A stretch of DNA of 64,000 bases from Antedon mediterranea (taxonomy: Eukaryota > Animalia > Echinodermata), in NCBI RefSeq assembly GCF_964355755.1, contig NC_092673.1, forward strand, positions 17,109,648 through 17,173,647, written 5' to 3'. The stretch's first letter is position 1. Every line of letters begins with the position of its first letter. The notes beneath the pieces were generated by a model. The model had not been told where the DNA came from and did not search any database. It was given only the letters and a program-made list of their open reading frames with translations. This document shows, in pieces, positions 1 to 10,700 of the stretch. Position numbers and translations under genes: made by a program.

Positions 1-365
1 TTTGTGTTGATTGCCATTTATATCATATATTAGAGCATTAGCATCTCCCTTACCAATGACTACCCCATTTGTTTTAGTACCATTAGCCAATTCTATGAAA
101 TGGGTTTCTGGATTGAAGCTCTTATCAAGGTTTATAAATTTTGATTTATCATTTATGATATGGGATGTTGCCCCGCAATCTACTAATAAATTAACATTAC
201 ATAAATTACTATTAATACTTGCTTTGAATGCAACTTCAACTCCATCCAGATGGGCTAGCAGAAAATGAGTGGACCATAATTCATAATGTTCTGCTTCCCC
301 GTCAAAATAAAGTCGTTAGAGCTTGTGATGCTGGGCCCATAATCTGTTGTATCCAGCTCGGCCAT
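1..365 (-). mobile_element. Ty1/Copia LTR-retrotransposon fragment (gag N-terminus joined to protease; internally deleted, frameshifted)
   Basis: Minus strand from ATG at 365 reads MAELDTTDYGPS, then after a frameshift RLYFDGEAEHYELW (gag N-terminus-like). It continues in frame into LLVDCGATSHIINDKSKFINLDKSFNPETHFIELANGTKTNGVVIGKGDA, a Copia aspartic-protease D(S/C)GA motif. Runs off the left edge. Confidence 0.8.
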
Positions 366-3300
366 TTTAGGTTAAGTCCTAAGGACACCAACACTCAATT
401 GAAATTAATTGCAAAAATAGTATTTCTATGCTATGTACGCTATGTGCACAAAAGTGTGTGTGCAGTGCAAACAATTTTGTTATGCTCAAAATTAAAGGTC
501 TGCGAAATTGATTTTGAGCATTTTAACACACCATTTTTATTTTATAAAAGAGGCATTCCACAGTAATTGTGACATAAGCTGACAATTTTAAAATTGTGTA
601 TTGTGCTGTACATAAATTTGAACATATTCAGATTCAGATTTGATTTATTAAGTCATTCATCATCATACATAGTACAATGTTAATTGTTTTCTTGGCAAAA
701 AAACACAAACAAAACAATACACACATAATATTTACATTCATGATCAACATGGAACTAACAACTGATAAAGCAATATAAAATACAAATAACTTCATCTTAT
801 AAGCGGAGGTCCAATAGCTTGTTTAGAGAGCTCCCATTGCCATGTTTCTACACACTCAGCACACCAACTTTTTTTGATAGCTACTACCCTTAGACACAAT
901 AATCACGAGGTGTGCCGTTGCAAATTTACTGCGGCCATCTTGAAATCCAAGATGGCGGAAAAAATGGCCGCCATTTTATAGTGATGCACTTTATTGTTCA
1001 TAACTTAATAAATATTTGATGTATTTTGTTGACATTAATGTTGATTAATAGCTAATTACATTATCTATTCAGTAAAATATTTTTATTTCAACTTTATTGA
1101 AATTAAATTACTTTTTTTAAGCAAAAATGCAGAATTTTAGTAAAAAAATCAGCAAAATCTGTGATATACGATATTTATTATGTTAATTAAGGCAAGAAGC
1201 CATAATTATTTTTTTTTTCAGATATGCAAAAAAACTGACCCAATATATACTTTAAAAAAATGTGTAAACTACATGAGCTTGTGAAAAGGCAAACATAAGT
1301 TATTAACGATTACGTTTGTGTACTTGTAGCAGGGATTTAATAATGTTGAGTAAAATTGTGAAGTTGAGGGCGCTATTTAAGTAAGATACAGGTACTCTAT
1401 TTTCGGATGTAACTCATTAAATACTTAACCGATTATGATCAAAATAGATTTATTTTATAGATAATTAAACCTTCTTCCTTAATAGTTATTAAAAATTCTT
1501 GTTAGATAATAAATACATATGAAAAATGTATTATTTGTGTAAATCTAATTAAATTTTGTATCATCTTGTAAGCTAAAAAGAAAGGATTTGATTTTTTAAA
1601 TACAGTATATACTATACAGTATCAGTGTACCGTGAAACGAATGAGGATCGTGATGAGTTTGATAGAAAATTGATTGAACAATAAATAAATTTTAAACAAT
1701 ATTTTTTTTTTAAGTCATGCTTCTCTAATAGGACGTGACACCATGGAGGTAAAAAATACCTCCATGGTGACACTAACATATCTTTAGTTGGCCTTAAATT
1801 AGCACAATAAACAACTAAATATAACAAGCATAGTGGAGTCTGTTAGGGATAATTTGGTTCAGTTTTTTCCAAAAACACCAAATTTGGTATACAGGTTGCC
1901 CATCATATACGAATTCATTTTGATGGGCATCAAGCAAAATGACCCATTGGGTCACTTAATTTGCATAATTTAAAATGGCGAACATTTTCGCTTAAACACT
2001 CAATCTCTGAAACTACTGGGCATAGAGAATTGATTTTTAGCTCAAAATTTTCAGAACATAAACATTTCTAACTACTCTAATAAAGTATTTTTGAAAAAAA
2101 TGACCGGAAGTACCATTTTTAACCTTTGACCTTTATGGTGCAATTTCAAACTGCAATCAGGTTAATATCTTTTGATATCCATAAAACTACTTGTCATAGA
2201 GAGTTGAATTAGGTGTCAAAATGTTCAAAACATAAACATTTCTATTTACTATAATGAAGTTTTTTCTCAAATAATGACCAGAAATATCATATTTGACCTT
2301 TGACCTGTTTTTCAGGCAAATTACCATATCTCATTATTGGGTTGACGTGGATAGTTCATTTTGGTGTCAGATTGTTCACAATATATATGTTACTATTTTG
2401 CATGCTTAATAGAAGATTTGTTTAAAAAATGTGAGGAAGTACAGTTATTGACCTGTGACATATATAAAACTCTAAATTTATTTTATTTTGCAACCCACTT
2501 TTGAGCACTTGTCGAAGATGGCTACTTTCATGTGCAATTGAACGAAGTATACTGAATGAAGTTGAATAGATTGTCCTATTTGTAGTGAGTACTACTAGGC
2601 CTATTAGAGTAACGCAAATGAGAGAAATGTGTATAGACAAAAAATACCCAATTTCATTTAATGGAGTACTTGTGTTTATTTGGTTGTTACATTCAGGGTA
2701 TTTGTCCTATATTGCTGAGTATCATCTTTCTTTAAAGGGCCTTTAAACTGGGGTATATCAACCTACTAATTGAAAGTATGGACATTTTCGGAGGGTGCAC
2801 AATATAATAACGAGACTACCATACTTGCCATATCGCGAACCACAACTGAAGAATATATTTTTATCCAGACCTTGGTCCACCAAACTTTGCGGTTCTCAAA
2901 GATTTTTTTATTTAAAATCGTCATCTGGACGCAATTAGATGAGTAGTAACACTAACAGTTTTGTTACTCATGCCATGACACACCTTAATATCCTCTTTTC
3001 ATTATTACCCTTTTACTTGATTTTTGGTTGATTCATGAATTTTATTGTTGTTATATTCGAATTGGCAACAACTCTTGGCTTGTGCAACATAACGTTTTGA
3101 TGAGCTGTTTTAACGTAATTAACAGATTTACTTTTATTACTTTCATTTCTTTTACGTACATTTCAAAACATTGAATGATGTGCCCTTTCTCATATCGAGC
3201 ATTGGAAAATAATTGCTTATTCAACTTGAACAGTGGTTGGTTCAGTCAGCATAACCATATGTATGGTAATGGTAACATTTTCAGTGTTCTTTTAAATACG

Positions 3301-4456
3301 AAATGCCCCACTAGTTGGGGAGCCAGAAAGGGTTCATCTGCACCCTCTAGCAAACTATGTTAATGTTTTTTTTCTTCCTTATATCAATACAAATCAATTT
3401 TTGGAACATCTGAACAAAACAAACCTAAGTTCTTTAGAATTGTTAAATTATTAATGTTTAGTTTTAATTAAAATCACATACTGAGTAGTATGGTTAAAAA
3501 GGTTAACTGTACAATGTCATAACAAACATGGTAACCTTTTTAATTAATATTAGTTATAAATTATTATAAGTTAGTGATTTCAACAAAAAGGAGGACGAGT
3601 AAATAAACAATTTTCTTTATAACATAATATATAGTCATACTACAGTTACTTTGATTTGTTTTTATTGTTCAACTATGGTTTAAAAATATGTAACAGTATT
3701 ACTGTATAGCATTTACCTGAGTTAAACATTGCTAAACAGTGATTAGTTTGATTGTAACTATAATACTAAATATTAATAATTATCTTGGTGATTTAACTGT
3801 GATGTTATTCATTAGAATGAAGTATGTATCTACTTATGACTTCCGATACAAAGTATCCATAGTATACTGTAAATCCTGTAATAGTAACCCACACTCTAAT
3901 AATTTAAGATTAGTAACCCACTACTCTAGTAATAGTAACCATAATGGGGTTACTATTAGAATCACAAAAACTTATGATGCAGTCGTATTTAGAAAATAAG
4001 GAGATAATGCATGTTGATCTCGGGAGGCGGGGCGAGGATTGAGTGTTTTTGAGTTTATAAAATAAGTTGGAGTTCAACCTAATTTGTTTATTTGTACTGT
4101 TTTATTATTTTGCTATTAGACCGGAAAAGTTGGGGGTGGGTTAGTATTTTCAGGTGCCTAATTTAAGATTAGTAATAGTAACCCACTACTCTAATAGTTA
4201 CCCCACTTCTAATAGTAACCCACCCTAAAAAGCAATCAAAGAATAATAACCCAGGGTTACAATTAGAATATTTACGGTACCATACTCAACAGTCACTGAT
4301 TAAGCAAGACAATATTCGCTAGTTATTAAAACTGTAAGTTTCACACAAAAATGTTTGTACCAGCTATAGGTTAAATGTCAAAATAAGGTGTTTCTTAACA
4401 TTTTGTGTATTTCTGTTGTATTAGAGCAAATATAAATATATATTATATATATATAA

Positions 4457-5366
4457 ATCGTGGTGAATTTAACGCAGACCATGAAAGCGAAAGTGCTCGA
4501 TACAAAATGTAGAGCCAAATATAAATAAATGAAAGACGCTAGTAAATTACCAACTGAACATTTTATTGCACTACAGGCTGTTTCATGAGTATGAACTCAA
4601 TCTTCAGGTGCTTGGCTCTGAATGATAGTCACAAGTGAATACAAAAAGCTATAATGAAGTCTTAAGGCAAACTGTTTATGTGAACAATAGTATGCTAATT
4701 AGCGAGTACAACACATCTCTATTTCCTGGACAGTCTATTGTTAACCAAATTCTTATTATCTAAATTACTGATACTTTAGTAGAAACTTTCTCCTATGTCT
4801 ACATGCACTGACTAATTCGTTCCTATGGTTAAGTGAGCTGGTTTCAGGCTTGCATATAATATAATACTTCTCTTGTAAGCATAGATTACACCGTTTGTTA
4901 ACATTGGAATATGGTTTTTTTACACTTCTTTATTATTCGCCATTTAATGTTATACTTTATGTTATCATCTTTTAGCTTCCAGATGTACTGGCTAAGCGTT
5001 GTGCTGTTTTTGTATTTAACATTACGGAATGAACTATTGTGTGCGTTATATCTGCATTTAAATGTGTTTTCGGTTAGTCCGACATATGTTTCAACTTTAT
5101 CATCATCATTTGTTGTTACTGTAGCCTGATAAACAACACCACTGGTTAGGCATTTCCCATCTAATGGGCATTCATTTCGACAGTTGCATTGCTTGATGTT
5201 ATCACAGGGCATATCATTACGTAACACATTTTTGTAATCTATGCTTACAAGAGAAGTATTATATTATATGCAAGCCTGAAACCAGCTCACTTAACCATAG
5301 GAACGAATTAGTCAGTGCATGTAGACATATGAGAAAGTTTCTACTAAAGTATCAGTAATTTAGATA
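4457..5366 (-). mobile_element. Penelope-like retroelement, 5'-truncated (GIY-YIG endonuclease end and 3' region) with a short inverted segment
   Basis: Minus-strand ORF CNCRNECPLDGKCLTSGVVYQATV..TYVGLTENTFKCRYNAHNSSF (GIY-YIG). After a 1-bp slip in an A-run near 4915 it continues as [38 protein letters not shown]. ~5233-5366 is an inverted copy of ~4757-4890. Both ends abut (TA)n tracts. Confidence 0.9.
4568..4611 (-). ncRNA. Minimal type I hammerhead ribozyme in the Penelope-like element
   Basis: Minus strand GCAC-CUGAAGA-UUGAGU-UCAU-ACUCAU-GAAA-CAGCCUG-UA-GUGC. Stem I GCAC/GUGC, core CUGANGA, stem II UGAGU/ACUCA, GAAA, very short stem III, GUA cleavage triplet. PLEs are known to carry such minimal hammerheads. 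Confidence 0.8.
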
Positions 5367-7232
5367 TTATATATATATATATATATATATTGCGAATAAT
5401 TTGAGACGAAAATTATAACTTTCTGACTAGTGGTTGCTGAGATATTGATATGGCCATTTTCTTGACAAATGGTAAAAAAAAAAGTTTCACGGTCATTTTT
5501 GGCAAAAGTTGTCCATTAAAGTAAGTAGAAATATGTATCTTCTGAGTATTGTGACACCAAATACGACCATATCCACCCAACAATTTCTGAGATATGAAAA
5601 GGGTGTCCCAAAGGTCAAAATTAGGGGTTTATTGACAGTTTTATGATTTTTATTATATTAGAAAAAATATAAATATATACTTTGCGAGTAATTTAAGATC
5701 ACAATTATCACTTTCTGACCAGTGGTTGCTGAGATATTCATATGGCCAATTTCTTGACCAGTCAGAAAAGGGGTTTCCGTCCACTTTTGGCAAAAGTTTC
5801 CCATTAGAGTGAATAGAAATATGGGTCTTCTGAGTAGTTTTGCACAACAAATATTCCAATACACCCAGTAGTTACCAAGTTACGCACAGTCTTAACTTTG
5901 ATCATATTATTGACATTTTGGCCGCTGTACTGACCAAGCATCCCAATTTTTTTTCGGCCAACAGCAAAAAATTGTTTTGATATAAGGAAGCAAAAAAACA
6001 TTGTTGCCATAGTTTGCTAGAGGGTGCAGGTAACCCCTTTCTGGCTCCCCAACTACACCATGTTCTGAGTTGATATTGTTCTTTAGAAGGCTAATTTTTT
6101 TTTTGATTTTTGCACATTTTTAAAGGTATTTATTATCTAACATAACTTTCAAATAATTATTAAGGAAGAAGGTTTAATTATCTATAAAATAAATCTATTT
6201 TCATCATAATCGGTTATGTATTTATTGAGTTACAACCGAAAATAGAGTACCTGTATCTTACTTAAATAGCGCCCTCAACTTCACAATTTTACTCAACATT
6301 ATTAAATCCCTGCTACAAAGTACACAAACGTAATCGTTAATAACTTATGTTTGCCTTTTCACAAGCACATGTGGTTTACACATTTTTTTAAAGTATATAT
6401 TGGGTCAGTTTTTTTGCATATCTGAAAAAAAAAATAATTATGGCTTCTTGCCTTAATTAACATAATAAATATCGTATATCACAGATTTTGCTGATTTTTT
6501 TTGCTAAAATTCTGCATTTTTGCTTAAAAAAAGTAATTTAATTTCAATAAAGTTGAAATAAAAATATTTTACTGAATAGATAATGTAATTAGCTATTAAT
6601 CAACATTAATGTCAACAAAATACATCAAATATTTATTAAGTTATGAACAATAAAGTGCATCACTATAAAATGGCGGCCATTTTTTCCGCCATCTTGGATT
6701 TCAAGATGGCCGCAGTAAATTTGCAACGGCACACCTCGTGATTATTGTGCCTAAGGGTATTAGCTAACAAAAAAAGTTGGTGTGCTGAGTGTGTAGAAAC
6801 ATGGCAATGGGACATGTTAACGAAGCATCATTTTGGCACTTGGACCTCCGCTTATTACAAAATTTGCAATCATCTTAATTTGTAATATGAAACCTTTACT
6901 GGTCTAATGTTAGACACCAGTGTATTGATATACTGTAGGCCTATGAAATATTTTTGTCAAATACTAGTTTCTCATCTTTACCATTCCACATTATTCGCAT
7001 TATTGCCTCATAATTTAGAGTTAAATTTTGTTGTATCCTAATATTTGAGTAACATTTTATGTAAGTATTTCATTTTTTATTATTACAAAATATGTTCTCC
7101 ATACAGTATATAAGAATGAAGATTAGATTAATTATTTTGTTAGATGTATTTTATTCTACATAATTTACTACGATAGGCCTATTATTACTTTTGTAATTAT
7201 TTATTTAGCTTTGATATTTTGTCTATATACAG

Positions 7233-7787
7233 AATCATTTGAAGATTCTCCGACAAAACCAACATCTTGGGAAATGTCAGACTTACAAACCAAGTTCAAC
7301 AACCTCAAATGGGATCTTGGCAAACACTATGATGGGGAAAGATACCTTTGGCTAAAATGTTGCTTATTTGATGTTATTCCTAGAGCAGACCTCACACGTA
7401 CTGATTTCATAGCAACTGATCTGTTCAATGTGCTCCATGACAACAGTAAAATCAAACCGGATGATGTCACCATCCTTTTTGAGGTTGCCGAATTATCAGG
7501 TTTGCAGCTTGCTGTAGATCTTGTAAAGCAGTATATGGAAGATAACAACGTCAAAGGTACTGGTGACAAGTTATCCTCTTACCGGAAACTCTTATTTAGG
7601 GCTCTGAAAGAAGTTGGACCAGTCGAGTTAAAAGATGTCGTTGCTTATTATGACCTGCGAAGATTTGGTTTTCAAAACATGTGGGACATTGTATTTTACT
7701 TGGAAAGTGAATTACAGCTTGAGGATGAACCATCAAAATTAAATGCATTTGCAGATCGTCTTTGAAAAAGAGCGCATAATATTTTAT
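7233..7787 (+). CDS. Exon encoding tandem death effector domains (module 1), with an in-frame stop near its end
   Basis: KFNNLKWDLGKHY..LKCCLFDVIP..DLFNVLHDNSKIKPDDVTILFEVAELSG followed by KLSSYRKLLFRALKEV..WDIVFYLE resembles caspase-8/cFLIP-type DED1-DED2. Acceptor tatacag, donor gtaagt at 7788. CTT TGA AAA at 7760-7768. Confidence 0.75.
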
Positions 7788-10700
7788 GTAAGTATTTTAT
7801 TTTTTATTATTATGATAAATGTTTTTGTATTACTGTACAAGAATAAAGATTAGATTGATCACCAAGCTATGCTATGAAAACAGTTTTTCTTTCTATACAA
7901 CTATTCGTTTTGTATTTGATGCACAAATTTTACCTCTAAATTGTAGGTGCGTCTTTATATACACAGGTCACTTCCTCACGCACACCAAAAAGCCACACAA
8001 AGTTAACACTACAGCAGTAGCCTACAACAACTCTTACTGTAGGCCTAGCTAGTTAGTCTTTTTTTTTTTATTGCAAACATTTCTTGCCTAGAGGATCGAT
8101 CACCACATAGTATTAAAGAATTTTTTAATTTAACAGTAAATTTTCATCCTACGTATTAATTAATATTTACAGTATTTGCATGAGGTATTCTACCCAGGCC
8201 TTCACCTACTCTCTACTCCTCAGAACTCGTGCATGCGTAACTAGATCAGATACAATAAAAACACAATTATGGGAGGGTCCTTTAATTATGGTAATTATCA
8301 AATTTTAATTACACAATAAATAAATATGTCCCTTGATCACTGTGTTTTTATTGTTATAATTACAGTTTTATTGTATCGTCCTAGTTGACAGGAGCTGGTC
8401 AAGCACATCACAAGATGACAATTTTATTACTTTTGCCTTTCCGCTACACCCCTGTTATACTTATTTTTTTGTTATGTAGAAGATTGAAAATAAAAATAAA
8501 TAAATAAGATTTTCGTAAAATTAATAATGATATTGCTGGTTTATTATCAGCCCTCATCATTTAGATTGATTTAATAAAATGGTCATACCTACAAACAAAG
8601 TATATATTTAAATAATATGCTTAATTATGATTGTTAATAAATGTAGGCTAATAAAAGTAATTAAAGAAATGTGGGGATTTCTCTTTTTGTGGAAAGTTCA
8701 TTGAAGTAGAAGATGCCTGATACGATGTAATAAAGGCAATCAAACGAAATTACATCATCTTGATTCTAATAAATAGATCTGAAATATTATTGTTTTATAA
8801 TAAAATGTCATTTGTTGTATTCGATTGAGACTTTTACCGTTGAGTACAGTTTTTCCGTTAAGTACTTATTTAACGGAGTATTTTGAGCGTTGAGATTGTT
8901 CTTAACGAAAAACCTTGCGTTGTCAACGTTTTCTATTCGAATGAATTTCTGTTGAGCACAAATTTACAATTCGAATACAAAAAGTACTCAACGAATGTTT
9001 ATGTTAACAACGAAAGTTCCCATTCGAATACGACAATTGATATCATTGCTTTGATTGTAAAATCTTTTAATTTCGACCTAGAAATAAGTGTGTCATAAAA
9101 AATACTGATATTTCAGTCTCTTTTTGTATTTCATTATATGCTGTACCATTTTTGCTCTGTAGGCATGAGCTCATGGCCCAAACTGAAACACATATATTGG
9201 AAAGAATAAACTAAATTTAAAACAGCTTAACAAGTAACACAAATGTTATTTTTTAACTGCAAAATTAAAAAATCTTTTGGTTTAAATGTTATTACTAATT
9301 ATACTTGGTGAAGTAATTAATTTGACATCCAAGTCATTGCATTAAGATTCAAGAACATAATTCTTTATAGAGATAATAAATTATTTAATTCACAAAAACT
9401 GTAGAAAGAATCTAGATTTTTAGCTTTACATTCAAGTAGTGTAGATGAAGCTTGGTGGTTAACATGCTTGCCTTCCAATCCCAAGGTACGGGATTCAATC
9501 CTGACTTCCAATTCCACTCCCTGAGCCTCAAGTTTATCAATCCCGTAATAGGCGAGTTGCTTGCCGTTAGATGCGTATGAAATAAAAAAAAAAAAAAATT
9601 GGTGATTTTGCTTTATTGTTAATATTTTACTTTGTTCACTCTCACAAATGTGTTTCTTTAAATATTACTTTGTTATCAGTCGAAAAGGATATTCCATCTG
9701 CTATTGCTGTTCATGGTACAGACATTAAGGAAGCTTACACTAAGGCCTTGAAAGAGGGATCTGTCAAAATCAATCTCGGAATGCTTAAAGTGATTGGACA
9801 GGAAGGAGTAGGTAAAACATGCCTCATAAATGCCTGTCTTGGAAAGAAGTAAGTACTAGTTAAAGGACAGTGAAATGAACTATGAAATATGCGTGTTAAC
9901 TATTAAACAAGAAATATTTCTTACAAAAAACGCTGCTCGCTTATTGAAAAATATTTTTTATTTCAAATGTTTTTGAATGTGTCATTTTATTCTCACATAC
10001 TGTAATAGTTATTTTACCTGAAAAAATGTAATTTAAAGCAACAAATACTTAAATTGTCTGTCAGACAATGGTTTTTGGGTTTCTTTTCTTTTTTTATATG
10101 TGAATAAATATTATTTTTTTGTTACAGAAGTGAATACTCAATTTCTGTCACTTTAGTTAATTTTATTGCTAAGGTCAAATCTGGGGGTCACTAGGTCACC
10201 CTAGATATTTCAATTGTGAAGTATCCTATTACAAACACAAACTTTAATGGACTGTTTCGATAATAATTCAATGAATATCTGACAGTGAATATACCAGATG
10301 ACATGTCCTAATAGACTCTTTCCCAGACGTTTTTTGGGTCTACTGTAGCAGCTAGAATCAATAAGTCATAGTGGAGTTTCCATTTTCACAAAACTGTCTG
10401 TCCTTAGAACTATAACTGCTGCTTGCTTTAGCTTCTGATTGAGAAGTCCTAATGGGACGTAGCGGGCTAGAGCAGCAGCGTGAAAATTATGATTCATAAT
10501 GTTTACAGCACGTAAAATTGACCCAAGTTCAGTGTTGGTTTCAAATGATTTTCACTTCAGATTTAGCCCAAGCATAATGTTTACAGCACTAAGTGACTCA
10601 AGTTCATTATTGGTTTCAAATGATTTTCACTTCAGATTTAGCCCAAGCATAATGTTTACAGCACTTAAAAGTGACCCAAGTTCATAATTGGTTTCAAATA

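Larger units (their letters stand above)
3312..6055. mobile_element. Second non-autonomous TIR element, Academ-like, nested in the first
   Basis: ~50-bp TIR TAGTTGGGGAGCCAGAAAGGG..TGCACCCTCTAGCAAACTATG from 3312 and its reverse complement ending at 6055. 3-bp TSD CAC (3309-3311 and 6056-6058). Confidence 0.8.
800..6854. mobile_element. Non-autonomous DNA transposon with ~700-bp TIRs, Academ-like (outer element)
   Basis: Termini TAAGCGGAGGTCCAA (800-814) and TTGGACCTCCGCTTA (6840-6854). Near-identical inverted arms at ~833-1530 and ~6115-6812. 3-bp TSD TTA (797-799 and 6855-6857). TA termini with a 3-bp TSD and long TIRs fit Academ. No transposase ORF seen. Confidence 0.8.

Noticed and set aside
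11-566. Plus-strand ORFs of 85 and 112 aa
   Set aside because: Antisense shadows of the Copia fragment with no recognisable motifs.
7763-7765. Selenocysteine or programmed readthrough at the TGA
   Set aside because: Context TGA-AAA is not the leaky TGA-C type, no SECIS was recognised, and the position is not a redox motif.
9446-9520. tRNA gene
   Set aside because: No complete cloverleaf or acceptor stem; followed by a body and poly-A tail, so called a SINE.
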